In this document: positions 5,479-13,314 of the stretch, piece after piece
Numbering within the stretch: the stretch's first letter is position 1
Layout of the letters: the number at the start of each line of letters is the position of its first letter
DNA from: Sulfurimonadaceae bacterium
GTDB taxonomy: Bacteria > Campylobacterota > Campylobacteria > Campylobacterales > Sulfurimonadaceae
Direction: 5' to 3'
Assembly: GCA_041548245.1 (NCBI GenBank)
Contig: JBFESZ010000051.1
Coordinates: 1 to 13,855, forward strand
Length of the DNA: 13,855 bases
Notes under the pieces: model-generated
The model's database searches: none
What the model was told of the DNA's origin: nothing
Seen by the model: the letters and a program-made list of their open reading frames with translations, nothing else
Program-made: the position numbers and the translations under genes

Positions 5479-7233
5479 ATGAAAAATTTTACTAACATGT
5501 CATATCAAAGTAAATTATTATTTGCTTTTGTCAGTTATAGCCTCTTTATTATTTTGATAATTACCATCTTTATGGTCATGTTTGTTGAGAAAAAACATAC
5601 ATCTAGAAGAATGCTACAAGCTGAAGAAGTTCATAAATATAAGGTAGATGGGTTTATCGAGCGTATTTCAAGAGTTGATGGTGCTCTTGTCGCACTTAAA
5701 GCCTCAACCTCTTTAAAAGAGTATCTAAGCCATCCTAATGAAGCTGACTTAAGGGGAGTCAAAGAACTCTTCTTTAGCATAACATATGAAAATAGCCATA
5801 TAATGCAGTTACGATATATTGATGAAAATGGTATAGAACGTATTCGAATCAATAGAGCTGACTCGGATTCTTACCCTAATGTTGTATCAGAAGATGCACT
5901 TCAGAATAAAAGTCACAGGTACTATTTTAAAGAGGTAATGCAAATAGATGAGAATAAAATATGGTATTCTAAAATTGATTTGAATGTAGAGCACGAGCAG
6001 ATCGAACGACCGATAAAACCTGTATTAAGAGTCGCATTAAGAGTGTTTAACGACAGTATTCCTAAAGGGATTATTATCGTTAATGTTTTTATACAAGGTT
6101 ATTTGGATACTTTAGTCTCATCTAAAGAAAATGATATATACTTGATTGACAAAGAAGGAAACATCCTAGTCTCTTCTGACCATCAGCATGATTGGCGTCA
6201 ATATATTGCTGAGAATGAATCAGGTTTAGATTCTTCCCATGTTAATAATTTGAATTTGCAACAATCATATTATGTAAAAGAACTTGGGCTTGACAACGGT
6301 CAGGAACTGAAGTTGATTGTAAAGCCTCAGTATGTAACATTGCTTGAAATCGTTAAGGCTGAATTGGATGGAGTGATTATAGTACTTCTATTGGTGTACC
6401 TAATGTCGTTTCCTTTGGCTTACGTTTTTTCAAGATATCCTGCCAGACTTGAAAAAGAGGTTGAAGAGCACAACATTTATTTACAAATGCGTATCGACAA
6501 GGCAATTGAGCAGTTTGCCGAAAATCAGCGGATATTGTTACATCAACATCGATTGGCACAGATGGGTGAGATGCTAAGTATGATTGCGCATCAATGGCGA
6601 CAACCTCTTTCTACTATTACAGGGATAATAGCCGCTATTAAAACCATGATATTTTTCGAGAAAGATTGTGATGCAGAAAGCTTGGGAAATGAGCTTTCGA
6701 AGATTGAGCTACAGACTCAAAACCTCAGCGCTGTTATAAGTGATTTTCAACACTTTTATGATCCTGAGCGTCCAAAGGAAAATGTGAGTATGAACGCACT
6801 GATAGAGTCAGCATTAAGTATCTTCGCATCTCAGTTAAAATCTAATAAAACAACACTCCATACAGATCTGAAGGCTGATAAGCCTATCAATGTCTATGCC
6901 AATCATCTGAAACAGGCCATATTGACTATTCTACAAAATGCATTGGAAGCTTATGCTTCTTATGAAAGTAATGAAAAGATACTTGAAATAAAAACATTCA
7001 TCAATGAGAGATCACATGTCATTGAAATTGGCGATCATGCTGGTGGTATACCAGATGAGATTATTGATGATATATTTATGCCTTATTTTTCGACTAAGAA
7101 AGATAAACATGGTACAGGGATAGGACTTTATATGACAAAGACAATTGTTGAACAACAATGTGGAGGAAGTCTTTCTGTTAGAAATGAAAGTAATGGAGCT
7201 GTGTTTACGATTCTTCTTCCGGAAAATGATTAA
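5479..7233 (+). CDS. Membrane sensor histidine kinase with periplasmic Cache-type domain (no adjacent response regulator)
   Basis: 584 aa. TM1; Cache-like QLRYIDENG...LQNKSHRYYF...SKIDLNVE...PVLR...GIIIVN; TM2; H-box SMIAHQWRQPL; N-box ILQNALEA; DHAGGI; IFMPYFSTK; GTGIGLYM. Confidence 0.93.
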   Translation: MKNFTNMSYQSKLLFAFVSYSLFIILIITIFMVMFVEKKHTSRRMLQAEEVHKYKVDGFIERISRVDGALVALKASTSLKEYLSHPNEADLRGVKELFFSITYENSHIMQLRYIDENGIERIRINRADSDSYPNVVSEDALQNKSHRYYFKEVMQIDENKIWYSKIDLNVEHEQIERPIKPVLRVALRVFNDSIPKGIIIVNVFIQGYLDTLVSSKENDIYLIDKEGNILVSSDHQHDWRQYIAENESGLDSSHVNNLNLQQSYYVKELGLDNGQELKLIVKPQYVTLLEIVKAELDGVIIVLLLVYLMSFPLAYVFSRYPARLEKEVEEHNIYLQMRIDKAIEQFAENQRILLHQHRLAQMGEMLSMIAHQWRQPLSTITGIIAAIKTMIFFEKDCDAESLGNELSKIELQTQNLSAVISDFQHFYDPERPKENVSMNALIESALSIFASQLKSNKTTLHTDLKADKPINVYANHLKQAILTILQNALEAYASYESNEKILEIKTFINERSHVIEIGDHAGGIPDEIIDDIFMPYFSTKKDKHGTGIGLYMTKTIVEQQCGGSLSVRNESNGAVFTILLPEND

Positions 7234-7263
7234 GTGCTATAAGATATTGTGATAGACTTATAT

Positions 7264-8082
7264 TTATTTGATAATCTGCCTAAGAGCACTGAAGAGATCC
7301 TTATAAGCGAAAGTAAAGCCTGCATCTAGAAGTGCTTTGGGATAGACCTCTTTGGAAGCGGTGAGCACTGATGCCGCTTCACCATACATAATATCTAAGA
7401 CAAACTCTGGTATAGGCAGTATAGTTGGCCTGTGAAGCACTTTTCCCAAGGTTTTGGTAAAAGTATAATTGCTAACTGGATATGGAGAGACTGCATTAAA
7501 CACTCCCGTGAGTCTTTTTTCAATAATAAAACGGTAGATACGCATAAGGTCTTCCAGATGTATCCAGCTTGTCATCATCTTTCCGTTGCCGATGATACCT
7601 CCGACACCTAGTCGAAATGGTGGTAGCATCTGAGCAAGAGCACCGCCATCCCTTCCAAGAATCACTCCAAAACGCAGCAGGCTTGTGGGCTTTTGGCATT
7701 GCAAGGCCTCTTGTTCCCATTGATAGGCAAGTTTCCCTAAAAAATCGTCTGAGATCTGTTCACATAACTCATCACATGAGGTGTTGTCTGGATAGATTCC
7801 AATGGCAGAGGTTGATATGAAATGCTTGATATTGCTTTGATTGACAGCCTTGACAAGTTCCTGGGTCGTTTCTATTCTACTTTGAAGAAGAACTTTTTTA
7901 TAAGGGTCACTCCAGCGTTTGATGATGGGTGCTCCAGCAAGGTTTATGACGACATCAACATCGCTGAGTTTTTGAAGTATGCTCTGTTCATTATCATGAC
8001 GCGAGATGATGACACATTCATTAAAACTTTTTTGTATTGCGGTTCCAACGAACCCACTGGCTCCAGTTAATGCGATCTTCAT
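7264..8082 (-). CDS. yfcH: TIGR01777 family NAD-binding epimerase-like protein (YfcH-like)
   Basis: 272 aa. TGASGFVG Rossmann motif, VINLAGAPI, SRIETT, STSAIGIY, FLGKLAYQWE, LRFGVILG, SWIHLEDL, FNAVSP. AAGGAG RBS. Confidence 0.92.
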   Translation of the reverse strand: MKIALTGASGFVGTAIQKSFNECVIISRHDNEQSILQKLSDVDVVINLAGAPIIKRWSDPYKKVLLQSRIETTQELVKAVNQSNIKHFISTSAIGIYPDNTSCDELCEQISDDFLGKLAYQWEQEALQCQKPTSLLRFGVILGRDGGALAQMLPPFRLGVGGIIGNGKMMTSWIHLEDLMRIYRFIIEKRLTGVFNAVSPYPVSNYTFTKTLGKVLHRPTILPIPEFVLDIMYGEAASVLTASKEVYPKALLDAGFTFAYKDLFSALRQIIK

Positions 8083-8203
8083 TCATACTCCTTATTTATT
8101 GAAGTGTGGAAAGTATGTGTTGTAAAGTATATCTCTTTTTAGAAATATTTTCCAGAATATCTGTCTTGACAGGAGTGTATGGTCGATCTGAGCGGAGGTT
8201 TTT

Positions 8204-8212
8204 TGCTAGAAT
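8204..8212 (+). promoter_or_regulatory. Extended -10 (TGcTAGAAT) for the DUF808 gene
   Basis: TGCTAGAAT preceded by a T-tract, 27 nt upstream of ATG 8240. Confidence 0.5.
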
Positions 8213-8239
8213 ACAGCAGTAAAAATGATAAGGAATCGT

Positions 8240-9112
8240 ATGGCTATGGGTTTTTTTGCGGTATTTGATGATATCGCGGTACTTTTGGATGATGCAGCAG
8301 CAATGAGTAAGATCGCTACGAAGAAGACGGCAGGTGTCCTGGGAGATGATTTGGCTGTAGGTGCAGAGAAGGCATCGGGGTTTTCTGCATCAAGAGAGCT
8401 TCCTGTTTTGTGGGCAATCACAAAGGGTTCTTTTAGAAATAAACTGATTGTATTACCTATAGCTTTTCTTCTGAGTGCTTTTGCTCCATGGATCATCATA
8501 CCCATATTGATGATGGGAGGCCTTTATCTGGCTTTTGAGGGTGCAGAAAAGATTTATGAGTATTTTGTTCCGCATGAGACGATAAAAGAGAAGGTGGAAT
8601 CTTTGTCCCAAGAGAAAATCTTGGAGTATGAGGCGAAGAAAGTCAAGTCTGCCATATTAACAGACCTTATACTCTCGGTGGAGATTATCGTCATTGCTTT
8701 GGGCACGGTACTGGAAAAGCCATTAGCCGTACAGATCATTGTCGTTACAATGATTGCCATCCTGGCTACAATAGGTGTTTATGGCTTTGTTGCTTTGTTA
8801 GTTCGTATGGATGATATCGGTCTTAAGATAATTGAAATGGCCAAAGAAGAGAAAAAAGTTTTTAGAGCCCTCGGAGAGTTCCTTGTTATTGCTTTGCCAA
8901 AGGTTATCAAATTATTGTCGGTCGTTGGAACTCTGGCGATGATTTTGGTGGCGGGAGGCATATTTATGCATAATGTAGATCAATTACATGATCTTTTACA
9001 TTTTATGCCGAGTTTATCAGCTGAATTGTTTACAGGTTTGGTTGTCGGCTTCGCTGTTTTGATGCTAGAAAAAACTTTTATGAAAATACGTCAGAATAGA
9101 CATAATCTTTAA
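8240..9112 (+). CDS. yedI: DUF808 family inner membrane protein (YedI-like)
   Basis: DDIAVLLDD...KKTAGVLGDDLA...RELPVLWAITKGS...FEGAEK...AILTDLILSVEI...LVRMDD signature. Start placed at ATG 8240 because AAGGA (8230-8234) precedes it; 290 aa. Confidence 0.92.
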   Translation: MAMGFFAVFDDIAVLLDDAAAMSKIATKKTAGVLGDDLAVGAEKASGFSASRELPVLWAITKGSFRNKLIVLPIAFLLSAFAPWIIIPILMMGGLYLAFEGAEKIYEYFVPHETIKEKVESLSQEKILEYEAKKVKSAILTDLILSVEIIVIALGTVLEKPLAVQIIVVTMIAILATIGVYGFVALLVRMDDIGLKIIEMAKEEKKVFRALGEFLVIALPKVIKLLSVVGTLAMILVAGGIFMHNVDQLHDLLHFMPSLSAELFTGLVVGFAVLMLEKTFMKIRQNRHNL

Positions 9113-9164
9113 GAAAGCTTTCCAAAGGTAATTTGAAAAGTAATTAAGTCAAGTTAAATATGGA

Positions 9165-9170
9165 TATAAT
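9165..9170 (+). promoter_or_regulatory. Candidate -10 box (gaTATAAT) for the EAL-HDOD gene
   Basis: GGATATAAT ending 31 nt upstream of ATG 9202. Confidence 0.5.
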
Positions 9171-9201
9171 TATGATTTAATATTTATTTGAGTGAGTTTT
9201 A

Positions 9202-10449
9202 ATGTCTACAAATTTTTATCTGGCCAGACAGCCGATCTTGGACAGAAAACAGAAGATTATCGGTTATGAACTTTTATATCGTGACAGTGAAAAGAGTGCT
9301 GATTATGCCAATGAACGTCATGCGACAGCGGCACTCTTGGTTAATGTCCTCAATCAGGCAGGTTTGAAAAATGTCGTGGGGGATGCTCTGGCCTTCGTCA
9401 ATATCGATGATAGCTTCTTGCGCCATGAGATCGTTAATACCATTCCTTCCAAAACCTTTATCTTTGAGATAACAAGCAGTAGTAATTTAGATGATCTGAC
9501 CGTCGAACGTATCGAAGTACTGCATAAAAAGGGTTATGAGTTCTGTCTGGATGCTGCCAACTCTGAGCATCTTTCCGAGTATAAAAAACTCTTTCCCTAT
9601 CTTAACTATTGTAAAATAGACACCGTTACTTTCGAGCAAAAGTTTATGGAAGAGATTGTCAACACACTCCATACGAATGGAATCAAAGCTATTGCCAACA
9701 AGGTAGAGACAGAAAAAGCATTTGAAACCTATCAAACACAAGGGTTTGATGCCTTTCAAGGGTACTATTTTGCTGAACCGAAGATCATTCAAGACAAGAA
9801 GTTTGAAGCAGACCAGGCTTCATTGTTCAAGCTGTGCAATCTCCTGCAGACCGGTGGTGATACGAGGGAGATCGTTCAATCGTTTGAGAGAAGTCCCAGT
9901 CTAACTCTGCAATTGCTGCGATTTATGAACTCGGCCGCTTTCCATTTCAAAAATCCTATTTCGTCTATCCAGCAGGTGATCACGCTTCTGGGAAGAAATG
10001 CCTTAAACCAGTGGCTTATGCTCCTTCTGTATTCTAAAACAGCTTCGGGAAAGGGGAGTTTTGACAATCCTCTGATCCTGATGGCCAAACATCGAACGGA
10101 CTTGATGGTCTCTCTTCTTAAAATGACCAAAAAGAACTGTACGATGGACGAGCAGAGTGAGGCCTATTTTGTGGGGATTCTCTCTTTGATGGATACCTTA
10201 TTGCATATGCCTTTAGAAAAGATCATCGATGAATTTTATGTGGAGGAGCGTGTCAAGAACGCACTGTTTAAGCAAGAGGGCATACTAGGAGAACTTTACC
10301 GTATTGTAATCGCTATCGAAAAATTTGAGACAGAAAAAATCGATGCACTTGTAGAAAAATATGCACTTGACCGCACAGAGTTTGAGACGATGATGCTTTC
10401 AAATATTCAAGCGTCCACAGAGTTCGCTAAGACCACTTTAAACGAATAG
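9202..10449 (+). CDS. EAL + HDOD domain protein (YuxH/PdeH/CdgJ-like architecture), EAL active site degenerate
   Basis: 415 aa. ARQPI...GYELLYR, FVN, YCKID, KVET, FQGYYF (EAL); SPSLTLQLLRFMNSAAF...ISSIQQVITLLG...YFVGILSLMDTLL (HDOD). Confidence 0.92.
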   Translation: MSTNFYLARQPILDRKQKIIGYELLYRDSEKSADYANERHATAALLVNVLNQAGLKNVVGDALAFVNIDDSFLRHEIVNTIPSKTFIFEITSSSNLDDLTVERIEVLHKKGYEFCLDAANSEHLSEYKKLFPYLNYCKIDTVTFEQKFMEEIVNTLHTNGIKAIANKVETEKAFETYQTQGFDAFQGYYFAEPKIIQDKKFEADQASLFKLCNLLQTGGDTREIVQSFERSPSLTLQLLRFMNSAAFHFKNPISSIQQVITLLGRNALNQWLMLLLYSKTASGKGSFDNPLILMAKHRTDLMVSLLKMTKKNCTMDEQSEAYFVGILSLMDTLLHMPLEKIIDEFYVEERVKNALFKQEGILGELYRIVIAIEKFETEKIDALVEKYALDRTEFETMMLSNIQASTEFAKTTLNE

Positions 10450-10451
10450 TA

Positions 10452-11534
10452 TCAGTTAAAGAGTCCAAGTCTATTCATGATAGGATCGATCCCAAGACCG
10501 GTCGTATCCTTTAAGTGTATTGTGTCATGCCGCATGTTGAACGGCTTAAGAAGAGGATGTTCTTGAAGATACAGGGGTGAGTCCAGATCGGCCATTGTGA
10601 TGTTTTTTTGAGAAAGGCCAAAATGTGCGGCAGCCACAAGGCTGATCGGCCCTTCAAGCATAGAGCCTATCATACAGTTTTTATCATATTTAACAGCCAG
10701 TTTTGCGATCTTTAAAGCTTCATATATTCCGCCACATTTCATCAGTTTGATATTTAACATATCTGCGATATCTTCATGAAGAAGTTTGAGAGCATCCTGG
10801 GTATTAAAGAGTGACTCATCTGCTAGAACAGGAATCAGTGAGTGCCGCTTTAGCTGTTTCATAGAGTCAAGGTCTTGGGCTGCAAAGGGTTGCTCAATAC
10901 ATTCGATATTGTCATTTCTTATGTGTGAGATCATCTTAAGGCATCCATCAAGCGTAAGGGATTGATTCGGATCCAAACGTAATGTATTGCCTTCATTCAA
11001 GACTTCGTTGATTCTTCTTAATCGCTCAATATTCGCGTCTATATCTTTATCAAGTTTAATTTTAAGGATATTGAACCCTTCATCAAGGGCAGTAAGGGTC
11101 TCATTCTGCATTTTCAACGGTTCATCTACCGAAATAGTCAGGTCTGTTTGAAGATCACAACGTTCTGAACCCAAAAATTGATGCAGACTCTGATTCTTTT
11201 GCTTGGCGAGAAGGTCAAACAGAGCAATGTCGACGCAGGCCATAGTCTCCGGGCTTATGTTCATGGCATGGAGCCGCTTGAAAATATCTTCTGCGTCCAT
11301 TGGATTGTGAATCAGTGAAGGAAAAACAGTGTGACTGAGCTCATTGACAACATCTTCGTTAGTCGTACCCGTTATGGCTGTAACAGCGCAGGCCTCTCCA
11401 TAACCGACAATTCCTGTATCCGTATGAACCTTTATGATGACATCCTTGACACAATCAACACGTCTTAGTGCTGTGATGAAAGGCTTTTTAAGAGGTAGTC
11501 TAAGTTCTGCTATATCAAAACCTGTGATTTTCAT
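10452..11534 (-). CDS. Dipeptide epimerase, L-Ala-D/L-Glu epimerase (YkfB/YcjG-like, enolase superfamily)
   Basis: LKIKL (KxK), LDPNQ, IEQP, ADES, NIKLMKCGG, GSMLE, and DLD motif typical of dipeptide epimerases. N-terminal PFITALR keeps the Arg seen in YkfB. Start moved to ATG 11534 (ATGA overlap with the DUF819 stop, AGGTGG RBS); 360 aa. Confidence 0.92.
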   Translation of the reverse strand: MKITGFDIAELRLPLKKPFITALRRVDCVKDVIIKVHTDTGIVGYGEACAVTAITGTTNEDVVNELSHTVFPSLIHNPMDAEDIFKRLHAMNISPETMACVDIALFDLLAKQKNQSLHQFLGSERCDLQTDLTISVDEPLKMQNETLTALDEGFNILKIKLDKDIDANIERLRRINEVLNEGNTLRLDPNQSLTLDGCLKMISHIRNDNIECIEQPFAAQDLDSMKQLKRHSLIPVLADESLFNTQDALKLLHEDIADMLNIKLMKCGGIYEALKIAKLAVKYDKNCMIGSMLEGPISLVAAAHFGLSQKNITMADLDSPLYLQEHPLLKPFNMRHDTIHLKDTTGLGIDPIMNRLGLFN

Positions 11535-12667
11535 GTCAGCCACCTGAGTACTTCCGTCAGTAAGAGGGCGGAAAAGGTACCGATGATATAACCGAGTGTC
11601 GCCATTAAGACACCGATGCCCACCAGGCTTTGTGCATAAGCAGCTGAAAGAATCGGTGCAGAAGCGATACCTCCGACATTGGCCAGGGATGCGACACAGA
11701 TACTGAAAAGGTCAAGTCTAAAGACTCTGGCGGAGAGCAGCATAAGCAGTGCGTGCATCAACAAGATACTCATACCAATGAGAATATAAAGTAGCAGTCC
11801 CATATCAAAATGGATATCGGCTCTGGAAGCAATCAAGGCAATCAAAAGATAGAGCATGGAGCCGGCCGTGGATTGCAGTCCTCGTATTTTGGCCAATGGG
11901 CTAAAGGAGAAGAGTACACCGGCAAGGGTAGCTAGAACAACTGACCAGGTTGTCGCTGTGCCAAAGAGATGCTGGGATAAAAAGATACCGCTGAGCTGAG
12001 TGATGATAGAAACGCCAATGGCTGAGAGAATAAGCCAGAAATAAGCACGATACGAGAAGTGCAGGGTGCATTGACTCTCCAAAGTAATATCCTCTACCGG
12101 ATTGGACGCTTTGGTATACCGGTTGAATTGTGGGGCATAAGGTACGAGCAGGAGCAGTAACATAACCCAAAGGCTATAATCGACCGAGTCGATGAGCATG
12201 ATAATGCCAACGGCATCCTCACTGCTTCCAACGACTGAAGTAACGGCTACCATATTAGCTGTCCCTCCCATCCAAGAACCTGCAAGCGGGGCTAGGATGG
12301 CAATGTCTGAATAGGAGAGATGAAAGAGCAAGAAGGAGAGAACAAACGCGATGAAAAGAGTAGCACTTGCAAGGAAAAAAGTCAGTAGCATCTTAGGGCC
12401 TAGTTTGACAAGCGCAGTGATTTTATGTGGAAGCAGCATCAGAAAAAGCATGGCAGGCAGCAGGTTGCTCTTGAGTGTGAGGTAGCTTTCCGTAATAGCT
12501 TCATTTTTTTCATACAGCCCCCAAGAGCTTAAAAGCATAACGGTTAAGTACAGCAGAACAATGGGTGGAAGGTATTGGAGGCTTTGATATTGCTGTTTGG
12601 ATAAAAAAAGAGCCAAGGCAGCCAATAGGCCCAAGCTGATAAGATAGAGGCTGGGATCTGTTATCAA
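11531..12667 (-). CDS. DUF819 family (YjcL-like) multi-pass membrane protein, putative transporter
   Basis: 378 aa, about 10-11 hydrophobic segments. LLPAMLFLMLL, LGPKML, AGSWMGGTANMVAV, SLANVGGIASAP and GYIIGT match DUF819 motifs. TTG start overlaps the amidase TGA (TTGA), with GAGG RBS. Confidence 0.87.
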   Translation of the reverse strand: MITDPSLYLISLGLLAALALFLSKQQYQSLQYLPPIVLLYLTVMLLSSWGLYEKNEAITESYLTLKSNLLPAMLFLMLLPHKITALVKLGPKMLLTFFLASATLFIAFVLSFLLFHLSYSDIAILAPLAGSWMGGTANMVAVTSVVGSSEDAVGIIMLIDSVDYSLWVMLLLLLVPYAPQFNRYTKASNPVEDITLESQCTLHFSYRAYFWLILSAIGVSIITQLSGIFLSQHLFGTATTWSVVLATLAGVLFSFSPLAKIRGLQSTAGSMLYLLIALIASRADIHFDMGLLLYILIGMSILLMHALLMLLSARVFRLDLFSICVASLANVGGIASAPILSAAYAQSLVGIGVLMATLGYIIGTFSALLLTEVLRWLT

Positions 12668-13314
12668 CGGATAGCCTCAGGTGAGCTTTTAAGCTCTGTA
12701 AAGTTTTGACGGATTTTTTGCATGAACCTATCTCCCGGGTCATGTTTGATCGTTCTGTATGATTCGTCCGTTTCAAGCCAAAGGTAGTGGTCTGAAAAAT
12801 CCGTATATTCATGATGACCAATAAGGTATTCAATGGTTGCATATTTTTCTTTTAGATAGGCCACCAACTCTATATTTGATTTGAGCTGTTCGGGTGTAAG
12901 ATTATCTTTGCTGTTTTTTCCTCCAACGTTTTCAATTCCGATAGAGCAATAGTTAAGACCTATGACATGTCGCGCCATGAGTGTCTCATCCATCAGCCTA
13001 TAAATACATCCATCCCTGTCGATAAGAAAATGAGCTGAAACATTCAAAGGCGAGGCTTCTTTGATATCAGGTCGGGTTGAGGCTAAAGTTGGTTTTTTGA
13101 AACACTGTATAGACTTATTGAGGTCATTCATTGTTGTCCAGTGTATGACTATGATACGTGGTGTTATATTGATGTCATCGACATTCAGATCATAATGCTC
13201 TTCAATGTACTTTTGAGTAAGGTCAATCCGGCGTTCATTAAAGATGATGCGCTTATCGACAATGGATATGGCAAAAAGATCATAGGCGATCAGTACAAGA
13301 AGAAAGAGTCTCAT
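12664..13314 (-). CDS. Secreted N-acetylmuramoyl-L-alanine amidase (Amidase_2/PGRP family)
   Basis: Signal peptide MRLFLLVLIAYDLFA. IVIHWT (Zn-His), VSAHFLIDRDG, ARHVIGLN, SIGIENVG (catalytic Glu), IGHHE (Zn-His), KHDPG (Zn-Asp). ATG 13314 overlaps the upstream TGA by 1 nt; the alternative start is TTG 13317. Confidence 0.92.
   Translation of the reverse strand: MRLFLLVLIAYDLFAISIVDKRIIFNERRIDLTQKYIEEHYDLNVDDINITPRIIVIHWTTMNDLNKSIQCFKKPTLASTRPDIKEASPLNVSAHFLIDRDGCIYRLMDETLMARHVIGLNYCSIGIENVGGKNSKDNLTPEQLKSNIELVAYLKEKYATIEYLIGHHEYTDFSDHYLWLETDESYRTIKHDPGDRFMQKIRQNFTELKSSPEAIR

Noticed and set aside
8161-8172. Palindrome CTGTC-TT-GACAG in the yfcH/yedI divergent spacer (also GAAAGCTTTC at 9113-9122)
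   Set aside because: Only 5-bp arms and single copies; cannot be distinguished from chance.
12664-13314. Amidase as a phage endolysin or prophage remnant
   Set aside because: It has a Sec signal peptide, no holin or phage genes nearby, and is coupled to catabolic genes.
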